NCBI GenBank assembly: GCA_000320545.1
Contig: ADNK01000066.1
Span: 1-58,845 of the forward strand
Length of the DNA stretch: 58,845 bases
Source of the DNA: Bigelowiella natans CCMP2755
Taxonomy: Eukaryota; Protista; Cercozoa
Reading direction: 5' to 3'
The notes beneath the pieces were generated by a model. It ran no database searches. It saw only the letters and a program-made list of their open reading frames with translations, and was not told where the DNA came from. Position 1 is the stretch's first letter; each line of letters opens with the position of its first letter. Positions 13,233-25,727 of the stretch are shown here, one piece after another. The translations under genes were made by a program, and so were the position numbers.

Positions 13233-13268
<36 letters not shown>

Positions 13269-13425
13269 AAAGATAAAACACTTGTATTATTCAGAAGAAA
13301 CAAGTATTCTGATGAACGATCACCCTCCTTGTTGTTATTAAACACTACTGAACGGTAGGTCAGAGCAGAAGGCCAACATAATTATAATCAATGTTGGATA
13401 TTCATCATTATGCGCACAGTTATTC

Positions 13426-13461
<36 letters not shown>

Positions 13462-15425
13462 TAAAATTTGAATTTGTACAACCTTGAATAGTGCGGACAG
13501 AGAGTCGATCCTTAGGAGTGAGGGTTCTCTGCAACTTTTCTGCACCGTTGAACCCCACCCAATATATATTCACCTGACGACGACGATGATGATTATGAGG
13601 CAGCAGATTGACAAGGGAATAATAAGGAAAGGGAAAGAACTAAAAGAAGAAGGGGAAGAAGAAGAATAAGAAGAAGATCGTTGATCGAAGGAATAGATTG
13701 CGTCGTCGTGTACTTATTATAGTTCTTTCTCCTCACCAAAGAAATTCACATTATTCCACCTTCTCGTGTTGCGTAAATCTTTTAAAGTGCGTGCTATTTG
13801 CCATGCTATTTGTTCTACTGCTATCTTGCCGCTAACCCCCTCCTCTTGTATTGTCATATCTTCCATATTTTTCATCACTGACTTTCTCGGTTGCACTATT
13901 TCTGACGTGCCATGAGGTAATTTGTCCTAGGTTGCGGCTCCTCATACCATAACCTTGAATTGTTACAGGTAGTGGTAGTAGTAGTAGTAGTAGTAGTAGA
14001 AGTAGTAGCGTAATTGTTTTACGAGACACACATTAAGACTACTACTACTACTCCTACCACTAATAATACGACTAGTACTAATAATGTGAGAACAGTTTAC
14101 CACCACCACCACCACCACCACTACTACTACTACTGTCACACAAAACGAATGAATATTTTACGAGGGAATAAAGGACAGAAGAGAGGAAAACACGATGAGA
14201 TAGCAAACATCTCTTTCTCACCTCGCCATGGGCGCATGACATCTTTGCTACCGCTCCAGTATTGCACAGGAACTTAGATTGACACACAATTTATAATGAC
14301 GACACCGACAGCAATGGTTGTGGTGGGGAAAACATATGAGATGATTATGTAACATTTTGTAGTTTTTGGATCTAATTACCGTTGTCTCCTCGCCACAGTG
14401 TCTCCTGGTGGCTTTCCTAGATATTAGTTCAATAATCGCCAGCAGAATGACAATAACAATAATAATAATGAGTTCCAAAAGCTTGTTTGTTACATCGTCT
14501 GCTACAGCATAAAATTCGATAGTAGATGGTATCGTTGTGATTATATAGCACACTTCTACTACTACTACTACTACTCTTTACCTGCGGACAGTGCATAGTA
14601 TTATCCTCTGGTATGTCCTTATATGCCTCTAACCTAGATGGATTATTGGAATTATTTTATAAGGATTACGATCACTTTATGTGCCAATACCGCCGACTTC
14701 ACTTATTCGAAAAACACCCTTTTTTTAATGAAAAAAATCCAGATGAATTGTTCTTAAATGAATTTTAGCGGTGCACTCATGCTCGCCGCTAAGCCAATCG
14801 ATCTATCCGTGATGATACGTTAAACTGATGCGAAAATTTTCCATTCCAATTTTCTTTTGGGAATAAATTCATACGGGAGGTCCATGTGAGGATAGGGCGA
14901 GGCCACACAATCGTCGAGGGATGGATGCTCGATGGGGCGTCCCTGCTTTCCCAAGTAGCACATCATCAGAATACAAAGGAGGACTACTCTCAGCACAAAC
15001 ACAATGCCACTGCTATGTCTTCAAATTTCATCGACAGTGATTAAAGCAAAGGCCGTTTTATTGCAGTCAACAACCACCCACCGATTCGCATGTAACAGCA
15101 ACTATACTACTGTCTCTTCTAGTTATTTGTTTATATTTTATCGCTCCCCACCTCCGGCCAGCACTCCCATTCCGAACAGTAAGGGTCAGTGACATACATA
15201 TCTATAATACCAAAAGCTATTATTATCACTATGGTGATTGAATACGGATGGAAAAGAGGAGTGAGTGAGTTCATCATAAATATTTTAGAAACACGAAGAA
15301 TGTCGAGTAGAGTAGTACGCAGTACGTACCTTCTGCTCTCTCCGATACGTCAAGAGTTCCAATCCCTGCATGAATGGCAATTGCCGATTCTAGAAACAAT
15401 GCGATTCTCGAATCCCATAGGCGCA
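10230..15425 (-). CDS. Multi-exon protein with a VHL beta-domain-like module and low-complexity C-terminal part (boundaries approximate; may extend to ~9600)
   Basis: Exons near 13865-13927, 13483-13573 and 13137-13192 join as ITSWHVRNSATEK|VNIYWVGFNGAEKLQRTLTPKDRLSVRTIQ|GHVFTARSTRTNELLMVHT, matching the VHL-beta pattern N...V..YW..F.G......L.P......T..GH. Other exons were only partly resolved. Confidence 0.5.
12432..12500. repeat. (TA)n microsatellite, representative of dozens of intronic (TA)n, (CA)n, (GA)n, (TAG)n, (GAT)n and (GAA)n tracts
   Basis: Read directly; similar tracts occur in most introns and produce most of the short spurious ORFs in the track. Confidence 0.95.
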
Positions 15426-15607
15426 TTACCTGGTCAATCGTGAATAAGCGTTGGGGTGAATTGAGGTCACGGCAATAATAATAAGCTGAGAATCCAATGC
15501 ATCTTATCAGCAGGCCTAATCGCCTTGCATCCATCCTTTTATTATCTTTACTACTATGATTATTATCATTCATTCTTACTTCTTCGCTCCTCTTTTCCTC
15601 TTCCTCT

Positions 15608-15642
<35 letters not shown>

Positions 15643-15888
15643 CTCTTCCTTCTCTCTCTTCTGAGCACAAGCGACAGTTTCAAAAATAATGCAGGGCGTT
15701 TCGTCAATACGTCAATGAATATCTGCCTTATCAAACCAACATCCTAATTTTCCATCCGACAATGCCAAATCATATGTCGCAGATATGATATTCAATGCTG
15801 TTTTTTCAAAGAGTTAGATTTTTTTTTGAAATCTCCTTTTGAACAGAAAAAAAGGGAGCCACAGCTGGCTGCCCTACCCTTCCTCTGA

Positions 15889-17996
15889 ATGAAGGTTTCC
15901 CGAAAGATTGTCAGTATTTCAGTGGCCTTGGCGTTGGGTATCTTCCTATTTCTAGGCCTTATCTCTTCAGAGACGTCAATGCGGAAAGGAATAGTTGAAA
16001 GACAAACAACTCGACGCTACTGGGGACGGCGGATACGGCTGGTATATAGAATTATACGATCGTTCGAAAGGAGAGAATCTTCATGGATGATTAAATTTTA
16101 TTGTCTAGGCACCAAGAAGGTTCCCCCTGTGTGGATATGGACGATTAAAAAGAAAGCTAAGATTAGGCTCATCGTCATCGTCGCCACCATCGACATTTAC
16201 GGAGCCATCGTCGGGAGGGGATGGAGACGAGGGTATCTAAACTTCAGCTTTATTCGTATATTTTCTAATTGTGCGAGTGCAATATTTCACTTGATTTCCC
16301 CCCCCAACAGTAGGCCTGCGAATTCCGAAGCCCCGTGTTGCTGTGATTGGTGGAGGGGTGAGCGGTGCTGTTTGTGCGGAGAAACTCTTCGCTACTGGAC
16401 AGGTGGATGTCAAAGTGTTTGAGGCTTCTGCTAGATTTGGTGGACGCGCTTCTACGTGGCGCCCTCCTATTGTTCCAGGTGATGCGTGTTTCTATTATTT
16501 TCTTCCCGGCGTATAATTCCTATAATGTCTCCTACTACATGACGAGATTGCCCCCTGTTTGTAAGCTTTACTTCGTCATCACTGAATTCATAAGGTGATG
16601 ATGTTCATCGTTGCAGACAATGATAAGAACGGTCAAACAGACAGTAATGTTCTTCAAAAGAACGCAGCTGCTGTTGTCGACTGGAGCAGTCGTCCAATAC
16701 ACTTTGATATTGGCACCCAATATATATCTCCAAAAAGTGATGATTTCGTGAAAATGGTGGATCGATGGAGTGAGGAAGGATGGGTTATATGCATATATGT
16801 AACGATGCCAGAAGAATAAAGTTGTAAGAGTAGTCAAGTTATTAAAAGTTGTTCCATGAGTGTCCACTATGTCCTCATCGATAGCAGCTCTCTTTAGTCG
16901 TCTTTCTTCACATATACTACTATCACTACCTACTACTACTACAACTACTACTACTACTACTACTACAAGGTGCAAAAATGGGATGGCAAAGTTGCAGCAA
17001 TTAGTTCTGAGCAAGTGGAAGACAATGGAGGGGAGCTTGCATACAATATTAATAATCTTAGTATCAAGCAAGGGGGAGCTCATCGGTCAGTCATATCTTA
17101 ATTATCATTACTTAGCTTAGAGTAGTAATTTTATGATCGATCGTCCATATTGCAAGTACCTTCGTGCTGCTTGCATGCAGGATAGAAACCATCGACGATA
17201 CTTCTTGAATATTAAAAAGGAGGTGCCCTCAGTATCACTACATTCTTACTACGAAAATGCCAAAAATATCTGCATAAATTACTACCAAAACAGTATATTG
17301 CCTCCTCCTTCTTTCCTCCTCCCTCGGTGTTTCTAAATTTGTCATACAACAAAGATGGATTGGCGTCAATGGAATGAGCAGCATTGCAGAAGGCCTGATC
17401 TCGAAGGTTAAGACTCACGAGAATGTATTTTGTGCAGCATGCGCGAGTATACAGATGTTATGATCTATAATTTGGATTTGCAGCTTTCGAGAGAAAATTC
17501 TAAGCTCTATACACCAATTACGCGGATTGAGAGAGTAGTAACCCCAAGAGACAACCTTAACAACAACAACAAAGAGCTTTGGAAATTGTGGGGTAATAAC
17601 AATTACTAATGGAAAAATAAGAATAAGATGAGAAAAGTCCTCTTGCTATTGATAGTGTTTGACAACATATATAAACCTTCTGAGAGAGGTCTTCTAAATC
17701 TACTGCTGATTATGGTAAATAGCCGGGGAAGAGTCGCTTGGAGAATTTGATTTTGTCATTGCTTCATGCCGCTCTCTATTCCGTTGTTCCTCCCGTCCAA
17801 AAGCATCAAATTCCACACAAGCAGCCAATGGTGTGCTGAAGCCATTCATAGCATCTTCTCACGCGTTTGAGAAATTGAAGGGTTTTGAAGGCAAACTACC
17901 TGCTAGATCATTCACGGTAGTACTACTAGTAGTACTTATGGTAGTGGTAGTCGCATCACATATATATAAAGTCTTTCTTTTCCTCTCTACTACCAT

Positions 17997-18046
<50 letters not shown>

Positions 18047-18171
18047 TATGTATATATATGTGAACTCCTCTCTACCATTGTAGTGTGCTATACATATATG
18101 TGAACTCCCTCCCGGAAACTCTAGCTTTTGATGTATAAAAAGACGGCCACGCATAAAAGCAAAATATAAAT

Positions 18172-18237
<66 letters not shown>

Positions 18238-18326
18238 GGCTTGCATCATGTTCGAACCAAAGCAACTCCCAGAAACTCTAGCTTTTGATGTATAAAAAGA
18301 CGATCACGCATAAAAGCATGAATATT

Positions 18327-18364
<38 letters not shown>

Positions 18365-18472
18365 TCATCTATCACACTAAGACTAGCTACTCAAACTAAT
18401 CTCAAATACATACACGACATGTACTAAGCTCAGTTTGGGTACTAGAAGATATAAAAGTTACGTATATCCTAA

Positions 18473-18509
<37 letters not shown>

Positions 18510-19894
18510 TGCGTGTATTAACGTTCAAAATTACACTCTATGAAAGGCGGCATTAATATCTGGAACGCGCAGTCTTGCATGGGCCTGCAGAGAATCCTCA
18601 AAGCATTCAAAAAATGGTAATTGTAACACGACGGCAAAGGCATCTGACTGTTGGGTCTTGCAGGTAAAGCCAACGCCATGATATTGCACCAAAGAAGTAC
18701 ACAATCCATCGTTCTCTAACTAAACTTAAACCGTTACTATGTATATCCTTATCTGGTGTGAAGTCGAACGACGCCATTCGGGAGTTCTGTCAACAACCAC
18801 AGCAGGTTGAAAGAAGCTCAATAAGCAATACTTCGAATATCTCACTTTCTCTGCCATTTAACTTGATAAATGGCATAATAAGATGTAATGCCAGTTCTTT
18901 GGTCAGAAATAGTCATGAGATAGTAATATGTATGTATGTATGTTTTCTTTCCCCACTTCCTTTCTGCTTGAGATAAGTATGTTGAACGCATTATGGTTGG
19001 TACGGCTTAACAGATGAACTTGCTTTCCCTTGAGAACAATGACCTCCGAGACTACCTCCTCTACGCTATTCGATTGTAAGAAAATAAAAACATAATTTTG
19101 CGAATCAAGATGAAAGTGGGAATGTGACTGTAGTCTCCCATGGACGGCACAACTGCGACATAATTTCCACACTGTTGCGGAACGAAAATTTATTTCATTT
19201 TATTGTCGCTAAATATTGTTAGATTAATATCATACGGGCAAGCAACCTATTTTCGTTAAGCCGCTTATTGTTATTGGCTTTCGTTGTTTTTGCCTCTCTG
19301 TACTATATAGTCGCATGATTGAAGATTTTCTTGCAATCGTACGGAGTGTATGCAAAGATAACGACGATGAAACATCGAACACACTTCCAAGTAACCTTTG
19401 GCCAACTGAGGTATTTGCAAACTACAACAATGTGCAAGTTGTGCACATTGTATTTTGATGAATGCCGTTCCACTCCCATCTCATATCTTTCACGATTTTC
19501 CTTTAAGGTACATTTTGAGGAGTGGATAGACCCGTTCCCCGAAGGATTGTTACTAAAGGAGGGGGAGGTGGATGGACTGCGGTGCATCGTCGACGATAAT
19601 CTGGTGATAGTAGTGTGGCGCCCGGACGTCTACTATGTACCTAATGAATTAATCATTGGAGAATGATTTGTGACTTTAGTTTCAATTACTTTATTTTTGG
19701 AGGTTCTGATTTTTTCGTACATCTCTGCGCGATGAGGATGAGATTTGCCAAATATACGTTAATTTCTTTAACATTATCAGAGCCTGGTCGGGTGTGGAGA
19801 TTTCTGCACTGGGCCTCGTGTAGAAGATGCCGCACTAAGTGGCGTTGCAGCTGCTAACGCGGTCATCAAACAGTTCAAGTTATCACTTCCATGA
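15889..19894 (+). CDS. Renalase-like FAD/NAD(P)-dependent oxidoreductase with bipartite (signal + R/S-rich transit-like) leader
   Basis: RVAVIGGGVSGAVCA (GxGxxG), VFEASARFGGRAST (GG motif), HFDIGTQYIS, WIGVNGMSSIAEGL and C-terminal GCGDFCTGPRVEDAALSGVAAA are typical of the renalase family. The hydrophobic N-terminus is followed by an R/S-rich segment. Last exon 19781-19894. Confidence 0.85.
18110..18318. repeat. Intronic ~52-bp imperfect direct repeat flanking a (TA)n(TG)n microsatellite
   Basis: TCCC.GAAACTCTAGCTTTTGATGTATAAAAAGACG..CACGCATAAAAGCA occurs at ~18110-18161 and ~18267-18318. Confidence 0.85.
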
Positions 19895-20368
19895 AAATTA
19901 TGAATTATCTAGATGGTCCGTATGAATTTATGCACAATATGTAATCAGTCGTAGCAAAAGCCAATAGTGGCATATCGTGTTTCATCGTATCTGGAACGTT
20001 ACATGCTAGCATGCTAATTCTGGATGGGTAAAATATCATTGTAATATGTTTTAGTATTGCAAGATTGTAGAGCGATGGCTGTTCACCTATGTCTCTTGAC
20101 GATGCATCATCGAGAGGACATGTTCACTATTGACTGTCTGCTAGTTAAAGGCGCTGCATGCTGATGTAGCTTGCTTAATGCGCGTGTTGAAGCAATGAGG
20201 ATGCAAATTGTTGCATTTCGGTCGGTCATAAACCATTGCATGATGCGTTGCAGTAGTCATTTATGAAAGTTCAATCGCTCACAGCGTAACTATTCTATTT
20301 GACTATCATTAAAAAAAAAAGCAGGCAATAGGTTCCATCTTAGATACTATATCTAGTGATTTGGACTT

Positions 20369-22843
20369 TTAATCAAGTATTGAGAGAAATCTTGATATTG
20401 ATTTGTTATTTTTCTTTTTAGTTTTGCTACTATTGTTATTGTGCGATTTTTTGTTTGGCGATAAGACTCTGCTATTAATGTGGCTAGCTCTATTGTTCGG
20501 GGTAACTAGGAACTTTGACCTCCGATTCTCATCAGATCTATTACGTTTACGAATACGAACCCTTGAATACAATTGAAACGCTGCATTCGTCACTAAAGGA
20601 ACGTAATTGAGAGCATCCCTTATAGGATCATATTTTGCGCGATTATTGTTGTATGTTGCCCGAAAAGATCTATTTTTATTAGATTCGTATACCGAATAGG
20701 CCAGTAACGCAGTTACAGGCAGCACTATTATTAGATAGAATGTTATGAAATAAAAAAGCTTATTCAAAATAGCCATTTCTCGATCATCGACCAATGTTCC
20801 TGCATTTAGCTCGGTTCGACTTGGCCGTGGCTGTGCATTCCGAGAGCTCAAAATTAAAGGCGGAATCTTGATTTTTTCGTTCCGGGATTCCAGTTCAAAG
20901 TGGCTTATGCTTCTTCGCGCTGTAAATGTCGGAGTGAGATTTGGTGAATTTCTGTCACGGGAGTTATCGCTTCTTGGAGTGTAAGGATGATAGTTGGGAG
21001 AGCTAAAACGTCGATGAGGTAACATGCTGTCCAAAGATTGCATTGAGCTCTGACGCATGTGAAGAAAATGCCTCTTTTGTGGTTTACTATCAGCCAAATT
21101 CGGCAACGATTCTGCGAAGGTGCTTTCCTGACCCAGCATCTTAGTTTCGTTTTTAAACTCTACGGAGCACGTTGAGAAACGCGATAGTTCAGCATCGCTC
21201 GGGCGCAACGCTTTGTGTTCCTGACAAGACGAATCCACCTTGCTGCATTTTGCTAAACCAGGATCAGTAGATGACGATAGCCTTAAAGAGTTACCTTCAA
21301 CACAGGTACATGATGTTCGACTCTCATTGATACAAGTTTTCACGTGCGACACCAAAGATTGTCTTTGATTTTTCTTAACTCCTTCCTCGCCCCTGTGAAA
21401 TATTCTTCCAGTAGTCTCGTTAGATCTATTACTATCATTACGCGAGACTTTATCAAAGTTAGTGGTATGGGTAGCCCGAGCTTCGGCTATTACAACGCTA
21501 TCATTGTATGATGGGGGCGGTGGTTCCGAAATAACGTGTTGTCGAATATGTAGAGAATCATCTGGGATTTTGGACATGGGCCTCAAACTATGATTTGGTG
21601 TCGATGAGAAAGGCTCCGAATCTTCATTACTGTTGACTATTTCTCCCTTGGTTTTACGCGAGGCCCTTGGGCTGCGAGAGTTTCGTCCTTGTGATTTCAT
21701 TCGTTGTTGGAGGGGAGAATGAACTTGAATTCTAACTGGAGTTTGTGGAGGGATGACAAGTGTGACTTTGAGTTCTTCAGAATTGTCGACTGGTTTTATT
21801 TTTGAGTCAGATTGACGTTTTTCCGACTTGCTAGGAGTTCTATTTGGGGATACATCTTTATGATTGCTACATCTATTCCCTGTACTCCCTTTACTATCCC
21901 CTGGCGGGTTTTTACTGGCTGTAGTATCTTTATCCGCAGTAAATATACTTATTCTCCTTACTTGGTTGGGATCCTCCTCACGAATCTCTTTCCGACTCTT
22001 AAGGAGAGCATTCCGCAATCGAATCGCAGAGAATAGCCATGTACCACCTATGCAAATTTTTTATAAACTCGTGATATCATTTTTCTCGTTTTTTTACCTC
22101 CAATAGTTATTGTCAATCCGGCAGCGGTAATTCTGGCTAGGCTCCATTTCATATCATCCGTAGCCATGATACCAACGTAAGAAATAACTTGGCATATGTT
22201 GATGATGATTATACCTATTGGAATAACTTAATGTCAGAATGTAATTCGGTCGAGATAGTCGAGTACATCAGGTAGAAGACTCACCGACAAAAAGCACAGG
22301 CATCAATATTTTATGAAAATTCCCGCCAGATGTTATGTGGGATGCCTTTTGACTTGCATTCGCAAGAACCCAGCTTACGTAGAAGGCAGTGTTTGTTAGG
22401 AGAAGCTAACATTATGAACATCGTTTTGAGATTCTATGAAAATTTCTTTAATCAATCAAAAGCTTTCACCGTTATCCCAAATTCAACGGATACAGAGGCG
22501 TATGCTCCATAGCTGAAGGGACTGTGCTCGCCCTAAATTGATTTTGAAAAAAGGAGATGACGGATTGTCTGTGTGTAGTAGCGATTCGGTTCGAACTATT
22601 ACGATTGCCATTGCCACTATGAGAGAAGATATGAAGACTGTAAGCCTTTATTATTCGAAAACTCGAGACTTAGTGATTAGGTCATATGCACTACGCATTA
22701 GCAAATGTAAAGTTATCTCACCTCGAGACGCGTGCGTTGTGCACGTTTTGGGTGATGGACCACGTTCTAGCACCACATCCTAGCTGGACAAGAGAAATGA
22801 ACCCCTTGATCGCATCGGAAATAAGCCATCCAAGGTCAGCCAT
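20369..22843 (-). CDS. Multi-pass (7TM/GPCR-like) membrane protein with a ~400-aa Ser/Arg-rich intracellular loop
   Basis: Start AAAATGG at 22843 gives MADLGWLISDAIKGFISLVQLG...VSR|LTVFISSLIVAMAIVIV (phase-consistent intron). Further hydrophobic exons lie at 22040-22535, then ORF 20369-22018 has a long polar loop and two C-terminal TMs (LFYFITFYLIIVLPVTALLAYSVY; ALNYVPLVTNAAFQLY). One middle exon (~22285-22340) could not be joined cleanly. Confidence 0.55.
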
Positions 22844-22990
22844 TTTGACCGGTTCTGAGCAGACTGACACACAGACACTCAGTGTCCGCGGTAGAGTTCC
22901 TCGAACGCGCCGAGCAGACAAAGACAGACAGGCGAGTTTGTGAGTGTTCCACACTTCAAATTGTTGTCGCACCCTTCACATCTGAGGCTA

Positions 22991-24226
22991 TTCTCTTCAA
23001 AGAGCAATGGAGACGACCATTTGGCTTTCAACATCCTTCCATTTCATGACTCGCGGAGAAGCAAAAATTGTGCAGCAGTTGATGCTTGTGTGTTCTCAAG
23101 CGTCAAGATGATTGAGGAGCAGCACACCCCACATTGGGTTGGTTGTCATCGCACGTTGGTTCATGGCAGCGTGGCGAAAAGAATTCGTCTTGTTGCAAGG
23201 GCATCGTCGCAGTTGTTGCACTGTGGACTTGTGAAGGCGTTTGACCAGTCGATTGACCACAAATTGTCGCCCTGCACCACGTGGTCGCAGGTCCCAGTGC
23301 AACTTTTGTGTGCCTTCGATTTGTTCAACACAGAGAGGTGTTGAAGTGGACCAGTGCCAGTGGACACGCCAGCCAGCCAGAACGAGCCAGACGAGCGTCG
23401 CGCCTGGCGCACCAACTGGCCAACCAGTCAGTGCGCAGTTCGGTGCTCAACGTTGCAACGGAGGTGCAATTGGGAAAGGCGTGACACGCTGTCATCAGGA
23501 GTGAGCATTCGTGCACCTGTGTGCACGAATGCCAAGTAGCTCGTGCGTCACGTGGCGGCACCGTGAACGAACGAAGTGGTTTCGTGTTCAGGGCTGGAGG
23601 GGTCTGGGGGTGCCAGGCCAGCAGGGTGCAGCCAAAATCGAAGGACCATCGGGAGTGAACGAAGGTTGAGTGTTCCAGTGTTGAACGCTGAACAACTTCG
23701 CACATGAACGCATTGGTGCCCAACAACGTGCACAAAGCCAGGGAAACAAGCTTTTGTGCGCAACAGGTGGTCAGTGCCCACAAACAACAAAAAACACTGC
23801 GAGCCAGCGAGGACTTCTCAGCACGCTGTTGGTTGTCACGTGTCGGTTGTGGAATGAACTGGTCGTGAGCGATGGTGGCCAGCCAAAAGGTGGCTCGTCC
23901 GTGGCCAGCACACCAGCTCTGGCACCCAAAGCAAGAGTTTTTCTTTGGAGGACATGGCTTTCAAAGACCCAGAGAAGCAGGACAAGCAGGAGGTCTTCTG
24001 AAGGGAGGGAGACGACGCACTTTGTTCAACGAACAATGAACAATGTGGGAATGAAGCATTGATGCAAGCTGCACGAGCAAGAACATTGAACATTGAACAA
24101 AGCATTGATGCAAAAACCACGTGAGCAAGAACCACACGGAGGCAAGAACCCCATGGGGCGAGACACGTGCTCACTTTCACCTCATGCGAAGAAGAATGTG
24201 GAAGATTGAGCAAGATGCGACATGAA
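22991..24226. other. TpA-void, CA/TG-rich degenerate block (hypermutated relic of a gene or mobile element)
   Basis: Only one TA (23537-23538) in 1236 bp by manual count. No microsatellites, CpG retained, and overlapping Tyr-free, Cys/His-rich ORFs in several frames. Confidence 0.85.
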
Positions 24227-24920
24227 TAACACCACAAATATTGAAAAACCGCCTGCATTTTGGTGTTGTTGTGCCCGACCTGGTCGATCAATTTTCGACA
24301 GCAGGCTTGTCAAGATCTGCTACAGGCTGGCTGCATGAGGCCCGTCCGGGCTCTCGTGCTGGTTCGCACTTAGCAACAGCCGTTCTGCTTCAATGTCGTT
24401 TGTTTGCATGTGAAAGGGTGGCACCCGTTTTGCATTCTCCGCGCACCTCCCTCCTCCCCCATCAACATCGTTCTGTTGCAGGTTGCGTTGGTTGCCATGG
24501 CTAGCTACTTGATGCTAATGGCGTTTTTCGGACAGGGCATGCATTCGGTCTCCCACACTTCTTTTGTCATGTTGAAAGATTTTCGATCCTCTCAGCACTA
24601 AATGAACAAAAGTGTACTTTGCATGTAGCTTCCAACGAGCAGCACGCAGGCGCGCGAAACGACGAAAAAATTTGTACAACGGGCCGAGGATGGCATTCAG
24701 ATCGATGAAAAAGAGAATATTCACCAGCCCGTCGCGAAAAGTAAACCATACACCAACAGCAGCAGGCGAATCTCGTTGAATTGCGCAACCATGCGATGCC
24801 AGTTACGTTGCGATTCGATCGGAAAATATTACGGATTTATGCGTTCTTTCTGTTCGTTCGAGTCACCCCTTATTTGTGCATTTCCTGTCTGAGATCAATG
24901 GCCTGTAATCTTACACTTAG

Positions 24921-25574
24921 GCGATGTGGATGCTGTTGAACCAAAGACAACGAAAAAAACAGCAATTGCGTGCATGACGACTAAGGTGTGCATATTCTTT
25001 CGGCTTGATTCTCTCTCTACCCTCAGTCTGTCTACGAATCTGTCTATCTATCTATCTGTCTATCTATCTTCGCTAACAGTTTTGTTGCAATTTGCAATTG
25101 AAGGGAGAATTTGAAGTGGAGTTGAATCCTGAGCTCGCTCCGAAAAGTGTTCAGCAACTTCTGCGGATGGTGCGAGTGGGCTATTTCAATCAAGGCATAG
25201 CTTTCTTTCGTGTAAATCAATGGATCACACAGGTGAGTATTAAACATTCACCCAGGCTCACATTGAAACATCTCATATCGTGTTGTTTTAAAAATAGTTC
25301 GGGGTTGATCATCATGGAAGAAAACCTGACCCGTTTAAGATGCTTCGGAAGCCATTCGATCAAGACCGAAATCCTTATGGGCCTGGAAAATCGAAGGACG
25401 ATCTACGAAAACGGTTGGTTGTTGAGTGCGCTATATAGATATGTCGTGTTATTTGTTTGGTCGCATTTAAGCAGTGAACATGATAGATGCCACTATTGTT
25501 TAGCAAGGCGCATCCTTGGAAGAGAGGCACATTTGCTCTGATCGGGGGCACTCAGATGATCATTGTACTCGATA

Positions 25575-25626
<52 letters not shown>

Positions 25627-25681
25627 ATAGATAACGAAGTCAATATTTGTCTCTGAAGGTGGTATTTTTACTGATTACGTA

Positions 25682-25727
<46 letters not shown>

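Noticed and set aside
22991-24226. CpG-methylation decay or fungal RIP as the cause of TG/CA excess
   Set aside because: CpG is plentiful here, and RIP increases TpA instead of removing it.
22686-24504. Dense stack of overlapping ORFs on both strands, suggesting a compact viral or transposon region
   Set aside because: Openness follows trivially from the absence of TAA/TAG. No RT, integrase, transposase, LTR or TIR motif was recognisable, so it is not called a mobile element.
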